Shown here one piece after another: positions 49,141 to 57,373 of a stretch of DNA of 64,000 nucleotides. Origin of the DNA: Candidatus Fermentibacteraceae bacterium (GTDB lineage: Bacteria > Fermentibacterota > Fermentibacteria > Fermentibacterales > JCC-6); assembly GCA_041686025.1 (NCBI GenBank), contig JAWLEP010000013.1, forward strand, positions 758 to 64,757, given 5' to 3'. The notes beneath the pieces were generated by a model. The model saw only the letters and a program-made list of their open reading frames with translations, was not told the DNA's origin and made no database searches. The position numbers and the translations under genes are program-made. Numbering within the stretch: position 1 is the stretch's first letter; each line of letters begins with the position of its first letter.

Positions 49141-50199
49141 GTGAGGAGCCTCAGCTTCACATGGCGCACCGGCGGAATCGGCACCTCCGCCATCGTGGCC
49201 TCCCGGCCCGAGCTTACCCTGGAGATGGTGGCCGGCGACGAGGAGACCTGCTTCTGGGTGGTGGACTCCCGGGTGGCCGAGCTCTGGCCCGGTCCCCTGT
49301 CCGATGCTCCGCTCTCCGAGGACCGCAGCATGCTGCTGGAGGCCTCCGAGAAGGCCAAGGACCTCTCCGTCCTCACCGCCATCCTGCAGCGCCTGCACGA
49401 CGCCGGCGCCCACCGGGGCTGGCGCATGGTGGCCGCCGGCGGCGGCGTCACCATGGACATCGCGGCCATGGCCGCCTCCCTGTACAACCGGGGCATGCAC
49501 CTGACTCTGGTGCCCACCACCCTGCTGGGCATGGTGGACGCCTGCCTGGGCGGGAAGACCGGGGTAAACCTCCGGGGAGTGAAGAACCAGCTGGGAACCG
49601 TCTACCCCGCCGAGAGGGTGGCCGTCTTCACCGACTTCGTCTCCACTCTGCCGGACCGGGAGGTCCGCAACGGCCTGGCCGAGGCCCTGAAGACCTCCGT
49701 GATAGCCGACCGCAGGATCGCCGAGCAGCTCTCCGGCGACTTCCACGGCAAGCTCCCCGAGATAGTGGAGCGCTGTCTGCGGGCGAAGGCCTCCGTCATC
49801 GGCGAGGACCTGGCCGACCGGGGCAGGCGGCACCTGCTCAACCTGGGCCATACCCTGGGCCACGCTCTGGAGGCCCACAGCGGCTTCGGCCTCTCCCACG
49901 GCGAGGCCGTGGGCCTGGGGATGCTGGCCGCCGCCTGGATGGGGGCCCGCATGGAGCCCGAGTCGGGGATGCGGCCGCGGCTGGAGGGCCTGATGGAGCA
50001 GCTGGGGCTGCCCACCAGGCTGCCGGACAGGGTGGACGCCGAAGATGTCATGGGCTTCGTCCGCCGGGACAAGAAGACGGTGGCCGGCGGCCGCCGGTGG
50101 GTGATTCCCCTGGACTGGGAGCGCTGCCGCATCGAGAGGCTTGCCCCCGGCGTGGAGCTGGAGATGGTCGAGGGCGCGCTGGGGTCGGTCTCCCCGTGA
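49141..50199 (+). CDS. aroB: 3-dehydroquinate synthase.
   Basis: GGGVTMDIAAMAASLYNRGMHLTLVPTTLLGMVDACLGGKTGVN and NLGHTLGHALE, matching DHQS metal/NAD-binding motifs. Confidence 0.9.
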   Translation: MRSLSFTWRTGGIGTSAIVASRPELTLEMVAGDEETCFWVVDSRVAELWPGPLSDAPLSEDRSMLLEASEKAKDLSVLTAILQRLHDAGAHRGWRMVAAGGGVTMDIAAMAASLYNRGMHLTLVPTTLLGMVDACLGGKTGVNLRGVKNQLGTVYPAERVAVFTDFVSTLPDREVRNGLAEALKTSVIADRRIAEQLSGDFHGKLPEIVERCLRAKASVIGEDLADRGRRHLLNLGHTLGHALEAHSGFGLSHGEAVGLGMLAAAWMGARMEPESGMRPRLEGLMEQLGLPTRLPDRVDAEDVMGFVRRDKKTVAGGRRWVIPLDWERCRIERLAPGVELEMVEGALGSVSP

Positions 50200-50915
50200 A
50201 GGTGATCACCGAGGGCAGCTTCTGGGACCACCTGGAGGAGCTGCGCTGGCGGATACTGAAGTCGCTGGCGGCGCTGATCGCCGCAACCCTGGGCGCCTTC
50301 TTCTTCAGCCGCCGGCTGATGGCGCTTGTTCTGGCCACTGGCCCGGAGACGCTGCAGGCCCTGGCCCCCACCGAGGCCTTCGTGGTCCACCTGAAGGCGG
50401 CCCTGGTGGCAGGCGTGGTGATAGCTTCCCCGGTGGTGTACTACCAGTTCTGGCGTTTCGTGTCCCCCGGCCTCCATGGTCGGGAGAGGAGGCCGGTGAT
50501 CGCCGCTACCGCCCTTTCGGTCCTGCTGTTCGTGGGGGGCGTGGCGTTCGCCTGGGCCCTGATGCTCAGACCCGCCATCGCCCTGTTCCGGAGCTTCGAG
50601 GGGGGAAGGGTAGTGGGAGCCTGGAGCCTGTCCAGCTACGTGGGATTTCTGGGGAGGTTCGTCCTGGCCTTCGGCCTGGCCTTCCAGCTGCCCATAGTGG
50701 TCCTTCTGCTGGCCAGCCTCGGCATCGTGAGCCCTCAGACCATGGGAAGGTACAGGCGCCATCTGATCGTGGGCCTTCTGGTGGCCGCCGCCCTTCTAAC
50801 CCCCCCCGACCCCATGACGCAGCTGGCGCTGTCTGCCCCCCTCTACCTGCTCTTCGAGCTGAGCCTGCTCCTGGCCAGGGTCACCTGTCGCCGCCGGAGG
50901 GCCGCAGGCGCCTGA
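50196..50915 (+). CDS. tatC: Sec-independent (twin-arginine) protein translocase subunit TatC.
   Basis: HLEELRWRILKSLAALI N-terminus, 6 TMs, and LTPPDPMTQLALSAPLYLLFELS C-terminal motif. GTG start overlapping the aroB stop. Confidence 0.85.
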   Translation: MKVITEGSFWDHLEELRWRILKSLAALIAATLGAFFFSRRLMALVLATGPETLQALAPTEAFVVHLKAALVAGVVIASPVVYYQFWRFVSPGLHGRERRPVIAATALSVLLFVGGVAFAWALMLRPAIALFRSFEGGRVVGAWSLSSYVGFLGRFVLAFGLAFQLPIVVLLLASLGIVSPQTMGRYRRHLIVGLLVAAALLTPPDPMTQLALSAPLYLLFELSLLLARVTCRRRRAAGA

Positions 50916-51810
50916 GCCACTCCCTGAGCACATCGCGCAGGGTGACCGACATGGGGGTGGAGGCCTTCCAGCCCAGGGTGCCGGCCGCCAGCGAGGCGTC
51001 CCCCCGCACCGTTCCGATTCCCCCGGATCCGGCCTTCTCCTCCAGCTCCGGGTCTATGGACAGGCTGTGGGTCATGGCCTCCAGTATCTGCCTTCCCGAC
51101 CATGTCCGGCCGCTGGCGACGTTGATCTTCTCCGGCAGGCTTCCGCGGTGGCCCATGGCCAGGACGAAGGCCCGGGCGGCGTCCCGGACGTCCACGTAGT
51201 CCCGGCGGGTGTGCAGCGGGCCCGTCTCCAGCCTGGGGGGAGCCAGCTCCAGCTTGATCCGCGCCAGGTCCCTGGCCAGCCTGGGTATCAGCATCACCGG
51301 CCGCTGTCCGGGTCCGGCCAGATTGAAGAGCCGCAGAGTGCAGAGCTCGGTCCCGTAGAGGCCGGCCATCTCCCTGGCCAGCGCCTCCCTGGCCGCCATG
51401 CTCCTGCCGTACGGGCTGGGAGGGTCCACGTAGGAGAGCTCGTCCAGGGGCTCGTCATCCATGGCCTCTCCGTAGACCGCGCAGGAGCCTGCCACTATCA
51501 CCCTGCCGACGCGATCCTCCAGCCCCATGAGCAGGTTCTTGGTTCCCAGGGCGTTAACCGCCTGGAGCCTGGCGTAGTCGCGGTCCCCCACCAGTCCGGC
51601 GAGATGGACCAGCACATCGTAGCTGCGGCCGCGCAGGACGGAGACCACGGTCTCCTGTTGGCAGAGATCGCAGCGCAGGCGGCGGAGGCCTCCGGGAAGC
51701 TCGGCGCCGGGAAGGTCCAGGAGCGTCAGGTGGATGTCATCGGGCCCGGAGAGCAGCTCCAGCACCCGGCGGCCCAGGAAACCGGCGGCTCCGGTGAGAA
51801 GCACCTTCAT
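50881..51810 (-). CDS. NAD-dependent epimerase/dehydratase family protein.
   Basis: MKVLLTGAAGFLG Rossmann start (internal to track ORF 50881..51897) and a YxxxK-type SDR core. The 3' end overlaps the tatC end convergently. Confidence 0.75.
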   Translation of the reverse strand: MKVLLTGAAGFLGRRVLELLSGPDDIHLTLLDLPGAELPGGLRRLRCDLCQQETVVSVLRGRSYDVLVHLAGLVGDRDYARLQAVNALGTKNLLMGLEDRVGRVIVAGSCAVYGEAMDDEPLDELSYVDPPSPYGRSMAAREALAREMAGLYGTELCTLRLFNLAGPGQRPVMLIPRLARDLARIKLELAPPRLETGPLHTRRDYVDVRDAARAFVLAMGHRGSLPEKINVASGRTWSGRQILEAMTHSLSIDPELEEKAGSGGIGTVRGDASLAAGTLGWKASTPMSVTLRDVLREWLRRLRPSGGDR

Positions 51811-52535
51811 GCCAGCGGGGGCAGGTATCGGTCCGGAGCCTCTTCGAAGAGCCTCTGGGCCTGGGCGTAGTCGTCGGGGTTGCCTATGTCCAGCCACTGG
51901 CAGTCGGGCATGGCGCAGCGCACGCTGCGGCCGGCGGAGACCAGGGCCAGCACCAGATCGGGGAAGTCCATGCGGCTTCCCCGTTCGATCAGGTCCAGGG
52001 CGCTCCGGGAGTAGGCGTACATGCCCATGCTTACGTCGAAGCCGTAGGAGGGCTTCTCCACGTAGTCCACTACCTTCCCGTCATCATGGACCACGACTCC
52101 CAGCTGCAGCCGGACCTCCTTGCGGCGGGCGGCGATGGTCAGCTCCGACCCGGAGGCCGAGTGGCGGTCCAGCAGCCGGGCGAAGTCCGCCGTGGTGAAC
52201 AGGTCGCCGTTGAGCACCAGGAAGCTGTCCGGCAGGTCGTCCATCATGCGCAGGGGGCCGGCGGTTCCCAGGGGCTCCTCCTCGCGGACCCAGGTTATGT
52301 CCACCCCCGTCCGCCTTACGCTGTGGTCGCGGAAGTAGGCCTCCAGCAGGCCGGCCAGATGCCCCACGGAGAAGACCAGCCTGTCGAACCCCTGCGATAC
52401 AAGCTGCCTTACCAGTATCTCCACTATCGGGTAGTTCCCCAGGGGCACCAGGGGCTTGGGCAGGACGGCGGTGTAGGGCGCCAGCCGGGTCCCCCTGCCG
52501 CCGGCCAGAATCACGGCCGTCCTTCCGCTCACAGA
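51807..52535 (-). CDS. Sugar-phosphate nucleotidyltransferase (NDP-sugar pyrophosphorylase).
   Basis: AVILAGGRGTRLAPYTAVLPKPLVPL signature with GxGTRL. The start is probably the internal GTG (VSGRTAVILAGG). Confidence 0.75.
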   Translation of the reverse strand, partial: SVSGRTAVILAGGRGTRLAPYTAVLPKPLVPLGNYPIVEILVRQLVSQGFDRLVFSVGHLAGLLEAYFRDHSVRRTGVDITWVREEEPLGTAGPLRMMDDLPDSFLVLNGDLFTTADFARLLDRHSASGSELTIAARRKEVRLQLGVVVHDDGKVVDYVEKPSYGFDVSMGMYAYSRSALDLIERGSRMDFPDLVLALVSAGRSVRCAMPDCQWLDIGNPDDYAQAQRLFEEAPDRYLPPLA

Positions 52536-53513
52536 ACGTATCCCCGGTGGGTGAGCCGCTCCCCCAGGCTGCGGAACCACTGGGCAGTGGCTTCCAGGCC
52601 CTGGCGAAGAGTGGTCTCGGGCCTCCAGCCCAGAAGCTCCGCCGCCCTCTCGGGAGAGGCGATCAGGCGCATGACCTCGCTCTTAGGCGGCCGCTTGCGC
52701 TCACCGGTGCTGACCACGGGAAGGGAGGTCCCCAGGACCTCCTGCGCCATGGCGGCCAGCTCGCCTATGGAGACGTCCTCTCCGGTGCCCAGCTGTACCA
52801 CCCTGCCCACTGCCGCCCGGGTGCGCATGGCGGCCAGGAAGCCGGCTACGGTGTCGTCCAGGTAGAGGAAGTCGCGCCTCGGCTCCAGAGAGCCGAGCTC
52901 GATGCTGTCCGACCGAAGCGCCTGGGCCATTATCGTGGGGATGACGGCCCTCTGTGACTGGCCGGGGCCGTAAGTGTTGAACGGCCGCAGGATGGTGACC
53001 GGTATTCCGTAGCTGCGGTGGAAGCTCAGGGCCAGCTGGTCGGCGGCGATCTTGGATGCGGCGTAGGGCGACTGCGCCCCCAGGGGATGGTCCTCGGTAA
53101 TGGGCACGGTCCGGGCGGTGCCGTACACCTCGCTGGTGGAGGTCACCACCACGTGGGCGCCGGACTCCCGGGCGGCGTTGAGGACGTTCAGCGTCCCGCC
53201 GGCGTTGACCTCCAGCACCTCCCCGGGGCTCCTGTAGGAGTAGGGTATGCCGATCAGGGCTCCCAGGTGGAGTATGGTGCCGCACCCCTCGGCGGCCTCG
53301 GCAACGGCGGCAGGGTCCCGCAGGTCTCCCAGCACCGCCCGGTAGCCGCCCCGGAGGTCCTTCGGAAGGGTATCCAGCAGGCCGTGGCGGCCGGATGAGG
53401 TGTAGCGGAGCAGGCAGACGGTGTCCACGCCGTCGCTGAGCAGCCTGCGCACCAGCCGGTGGCCGATGAAGCCGCCGGCGCCGGTTACCAGAACCCTCTT
53501 CTCGAAGCCCACG
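52529..53513 (-). CDS. NAD-dependent epimerase/dehydratase (UDP-glucose 4-epimerase / dTDP-glucose 4,6-dehydratase-like).
   Basis: VLVTGAGGFIG..., STSEVYG, and PYAASKIAAD (YxxxK). The start is likely internal to track ORF 52529..53578. Confidence 0.8.
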
Positions 53514-53574
53514 CCCCCCCTCCTGCCGGAATGCGTGCCGTTTCCCCGACGGTACCCCCGGTGACGGGTCGCTG

Positions 53575-54279
53575 TCAACGCCGCAGCAGCCTTCTCCGCA
53601 CGAAGTAGCCGGCCAGCTCCCGCAGTATGCCCAGAATCACGGGAAGGCCGTCCAGCGAGGAGTCGCCACTTGTCCGGGGCTCGTAGTGGAACCCCAGCTC
53701 CCGTATCTCCAGTCCGGCCCTGCGGGCCTCGGCGATCAGCTCTGCGTCGTAGAAGCAGCCGTCCGCGCGGAGCTCCAGCCGGTCCAGCAGCGTCCGCCTG
53801 ATCATCTTCATGGAGAAGTTGACGTCCCGGACGTCAAGGCCGAGCAGCAGCTGGACCAGCCAGTTGTACACCCGGGAGTACACCTTCCGCCTCAGGCTCT
53901 CCCGGGGGCCGATCCGGTAGCCTATGACCATGTCGCACTCCCCCAGCAGGGGAGCGGCCCTGGATATCTCGGAGATGTCGAAGGGCTCGTCTCCGTCCAC
54001 GTAGAGGACGTAGTCGCAGGAGGCGTTGGCGAAGCCCAGGCGGATGGCGCTTCCCAGCCCCTCCCGGTTCTTCTGGTGTATCACCCTCACCTGCGGGTGG
54101 CTGGCGGCCAGATGGTCGGCTATGGCTGCGGTTCCGTCGGTACTCCCGCTCTCCACTATCACGATCTCGAAGTCGGGAAACTGCGAGGAGAGGACGTCCA
54201 TTAGGGACTCTATGGCCCTGGGGGCGTTCTCCTCCTCGTTGTACATGGGCACCACTACGGAGATGGATTCCTTGCTCAT
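53575..54279 (-). CDS. Glycosyltransferase family 2, polyprenol-phosphate sugar synthase-like (DPM1/ArnC-like).
   Basis: ISVVVPMYNEEEN, VIVESGSTDGT, YVDGDEPF (DxD). 234 aa single-domain GT-A. Confidence 0.85.
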   Translation of the reverse strand: MSKESISVVVPMYNEEENAPRAIESLMDVLSSQFPDFEIVIVESGSTDGTAAIADHLAASHPQVRVIHQKNREGLGSAIRLGFANASCDYVLYVDGDEPFDISEISRAAPLLGECDMVIGYRIGPRESLRRKVYSRVYNWLVQLLLGLDVRDVNFSMKMIRRTLLDRLELRADGCFYDAELIAEARRAGLEIRELGFHYEPRTSGDSSLDGLPVILGILRELAGYFVRRRLLRR

Positions 54280-54455
54280 CAGCTCCCTGGATGACGCTTT
54301 GGGGTAGACGGATTACGCCAAAGACTAAGCCTGCGCGCCGGCTTTGGCAAGAGCGGAGGCCCTTTCGTTGACGAGCACCGGGCCCTCCGGCATAAACTGT
54401 GCTCCAGCGCCGGCGGCGGGCCGCGGCCGCCGGCAGCGGGGGAAAGGGGGACCGA

Positions 54456-55853
54456 ATGGACTGCCTGCGGGCTCTGAGATGGCCTGCCGCTCTGCTGGCC
54501 CTGGCGGCGCTGGCCGCCCTGGCACAGCTGCCGGCCCTGGGGTCCTTCTTCGACCCCCAGGATTTCATCACCTTCCTCATCCCCCTGGAGGAGGGACACT
54601 CCTTCCACAGCTACATGGTAGAGGGCTGGTCCTGGGACGTTCAGGGGGAGAGGGTGGGCTTCCTCCGCCCGCTGACCAGCCTTACCTACATGCTGGAGTA
54701 CCCCGTATGGGGGCCGCGGCCGGTGGCGTACAGGGCAGCGGGTCTGCTGCTGCACGCCGTCACCTGCCTGCTTCTGGGGCACCTGCTGGGCCGGGCCCGG
54801 GAAGACGGCCCGCGATGGCCGGCGGCGGTCCTCTTCGCCCTCCATCCCGGAGCGGTGGGTGCCGTCTGGATGGCCAACGCCAGGGGCGACCTCCTGGCGG
54901 CGCTGCTCACTCTGGCGGCGATGGCGGCTGTGGTGCGCCTGCTGAGGAGGGGATTCACCCCCGCCCGGGCCTTGCTGCCCGGGGCGCTGGCCCTCCTGGC
55001 CCTGGCGGCAAAGGAGAGCGGTCTGGCGGCGCTGCTGGTGCTGCCCGCAACCTGGCTCCTCTGGCCGGACGGGCGCAGGGACTGGCGGGGGGGTGCCGTG
55101 CTGGCCGCTTCCCTGGCGGCGGCTGCCGCCGTGTTCCTGGCGGCCCGGCTGATGGTATTCGATCGGGGAATAGGCGGCTACGGCGCCGTAAACCCGCCGG
55201 AGGTGATGCTGGCCCGCGTTCCGGTGCTGGCCTACCAGAGCCTGGGCGCCCTCTTCCCGGCGGGCTGGATGAGGGCCGCGGCCGTCGTCTCCGGCCTTGC
55301 CGCCGCCGTCTGGCTGTTCCTGCGGAATCGACGCACCGCCAGGATAGCCCTGCTGCTGATCCTGTGCTGGGGGGCCATGGGCTTTCAGACCCTGACCGCC
55401 TCCCCCGACATGCGCTACCTCTACGCACCCTCCGCCGCAGTGGCTCTGCTGGCGGCCATCTTCCTCTGCGAGGCGCTGCGCCGCCCGGGCGGCTGGGCCC
55501 TGACGGGGGCCACCCTGCTTCTGGGACTGGCCTGGATGGGGATGTCCCGCCAGGTGGCGCAGGAGCTGCAGCGCAGGAACGCTCCCATGCAGGCGGTGTA
55601 TGCGGAGACCAGGGCGAACCTGGAGCTGCTGGAGGGCCGGCGCAAGGTGGCGGTGGTGGTCTCCCCGGATGAGGTTGACACTCCCGGGGCCTCCATGAAG
55701 GAGATCCGGCTCTACCTGGACTACCTCTCCCGCCAGCCGCTCCCGGAGATCGTTTATGTACCCTCTCCCCGGGCCGCCGGGACCGACTCCGCCGAGGTGG
55801 TGGTCCACTGGGCCGAGGGGGGACTGGTCACCGGCCCGCCGCTTGACAGGTAA
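54456..55853 (+). CDS. Polytopic membrane glycosyltransferase, GT-C fold (ArnT/PMT, GT39/83-like).
   Basis: Start MDCLRALRW internal to track ORF 54399..55853. About 11 hydrophobic helices. It is divergently paired with the GT2 gene. Family assignment is by architecture only. Confidence 0.6.
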   Translation: MDCLRALRWPAALLALAALAALAQLPALGSFFDPQDFITFLIPLEEGHSFHSYMVEGWSWDVQGERVGFLRPLTSLTYMLEYPVWGPRPVAYRAAGLLLHAVTCLLLGHLLGRAREDGPRWPAAVLFALHPGAVGAVWMANARGDLLAALLTLAAMAAVVRLLRRGFTPARALLPGALALLALAAKESGLAALLVLPATWLLWPDGRRDWRGGAVLAASLAAAAAVFLAARLMVFDRGIGGYGAVNPPEVMLARVPVLAYQSLGALFPAGWMRAAAVVSGLAAAVWLFLRNRRTARIALLLILCWGAMGFQTLTASPDMRYLYAPSAAVALLAAIFLCEALRRPGGWALTGATLLLGLAWMGMSRQVAQELQRRNAPMQAVYAETRANLELLEGRRKVAVVVSPDEVDTPGASMKEIRLYLDYLSRQPLPEIVYVPSPRAAGTDSAEVVVHWAEGGLVTGPPLDR

Positions 55854-55891
55854 ACACCGGTTCACCATCATTTCTCCGGTGGTGATGAACA

Positions 55892-56146
55892 TTGGTAAAC
55901 GAGCTGGGAGAGCGGGTGGAGATGGTGGGCCACTTCCGCGGCGGCAGCGTGCGCCCCTGCCGCTTCCGCTGGGGGGGAAGGGTCTACAGGATCGTATCGG
56001 TCTCCTCCAGCTGGGAGAGCCGTCGGGGCGCCAGCAGGCTCTACCACTTCGTGGTCCGCACCCATACCGACGACGTCTTCGAGGTCCATCTCGACACCTC
56101 GGGGATGTGCTGGCAGCTGGACTACGAGTACGACGACGGCGCATGA
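55892..56146 (+). CDS. Small hypothetical protein (84 aa) immediately upstream of dinB.
   Basis: Protein-like composition (RFRWGGRVYRIVSVSSSWESRRGASRLYHFVVRTHTDDVFEVHLD). The stop lies 20 nt before the dinB start on the same strand. Confidence 0.4.
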   Translation: MVNELGERVEMVGHFRGGSVRPCRFRWGGRVYRIVSVSSSWESRRGASRLYHFVVRTHTDDVFEVHLDTSGMCWQLDYEYDDGA

Positions 56147-56165
56147 GCTGCGCCGGGGAGGGTGT

Positions 56166-57320
56166 ATGTCCGACAGGGTGATACTCCACGTGGACATGGA
56201 CGCCTACTTCGCATCGGTGGAGACCCTGGGCCATCCGGAGTGGCGGGGCCGGCCGGTGATAGTGGGGGGGTCCACCCTCCGGTCGGTGGTGTCCGCCTGC
56301 AGCTACGAGGCCAAGGCCCTGGGAGTGCACTCCGCCATGCCCCTGGCCCGGGCCATGGCCCTGGCCCCCGACGCGGTGTTCGTGGAGGGCAACCACCGCT
56401 GCTACACCTCGTACACCAGAAGGATACTGGAGGTACTGGTGTCGCACACACCCATGGTGGAGCCGGTGAGCATCGACGAGGCCTTCATGGACGTCACCGG
56501 CGCCCCGGGCCGCAGGGGTGACGGCCGCCGGCTGGCCCATCGGATCCAGAGCGAGATACTGGAGGAGACGGGTCTCTGGGCCAGCGTGGGGGTCGGACCC
56601 TGCAAGCTGCTGGCCAAGATGGCGTCCAAGAGGGCCAAGCCCCGGGGGGTGGCCCGCCTGGACCCCGCCGGGATGCCCCCGCTGCCGGCCGACTCCATCT
56701 GGGGGGTGGGGGAGAGGACCTCCTCCATGCTGGCCCGCTACGGCATAACCACCATAGGCGATCTCCGAAGGCTCTCCCGGAGCCAGATGAGGTCGCTGAT
56801 GGGAAGCTGCGGGGAGCTGCTCTACTACATGTGCCGGGGCATCGACCCCAGCCCGGTTGTCCCCGGCGACGAGATCCCCCGCCCCAAGTCCATAAGCAAC
56901 GAGCACACCTTCCTCCGCGACGTTCTGCTGCCGGGGCAGTACCTGCCCGCCCTGGCCCTGATGGCTCAGAAGGTCTCCCGGCGGGCCCGGGACAAGGGGC
57001 TGGCCGGCTCCACGGTGGTCTTCAAGTACAGGCTCAGCAACCTCAGACTCCACAGCCGCCGGGTCCGCCTCGCAGCCCCCACCGACCGGCGCCGGCGGAT
57101 ATACGAGGCCGCCAGGGGCCTGGCCGAGGGTGCGGTGAGGTCCCCCATAAGGCTGGTGGGTGTGGGCCTGTCCTCCCTGGCCCCCGCCGGGCAGCGGCAG
57201 ATGGGGCTCTTCGAAGGCGACCACCGGGACGTTGCCCCGGCGGTGGACAGGATCCGCCGCCGCTACGGCGAGCGGGCCATCACCAGCGCCCGCACCATGT
57301 GCGGGGGAAACGCCGTATAG
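56166..57320 (+). CDS. dinB: DNA polymerase IV (Y-family translesion polymerase).
   Basis: ILHVDMDAYFASVE, SIDEAFMDVTG, and little-finger region. 384 aa. Confidence 0.9.
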   Translation: MSDRVILHVDMDAYFASVETLGHPEWRGRPVIVGGSTLRSVVSACSYEAKALGVHSAMPLARAMALAPDAVFVEGNHRCYTSYTRRILEVLVSHTPMVEPVSIDEAFMDVTGAPGRRGDGRRLAHRIQSEILEETGLWASVGVGPCKLLAKMASKRAKPRGVARLDPAGMPPLPADSIWGVGERTSSMLARYGITTIGDLRRLSRSQMRSLMGSCGELLYYMCRGIDPSPVVPGDEIPRPKSISNEHTFLRDVLLPGQYLPALALMAQKVSRRARDKGLAGSTVVFKYRLSNLRLHSRRVRLAAPTDRRRRIYEAARGLAEGAVRSPIRLVGVGLSSLAPAGQRQMGLFEGDHRDVAPAVDRIRRRYGERAITSARTMCGGNAV

Positions 57321-57373
57321 AAAGGGGCGGGGGGCCGAAGCCCCCCGCCCATGCTACGCCCGAAGTGCTGCCG

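Noticed and set aside
54279-57224. 981-aa minus-strand ORF spanning the GT-C and dinB region.
   Set aside because: Its product is dominated by G/P/R/A low complexity. It is antisense to three plus-strand genes with clear motifs (polytopic membrane GT, small ORF, DinB).
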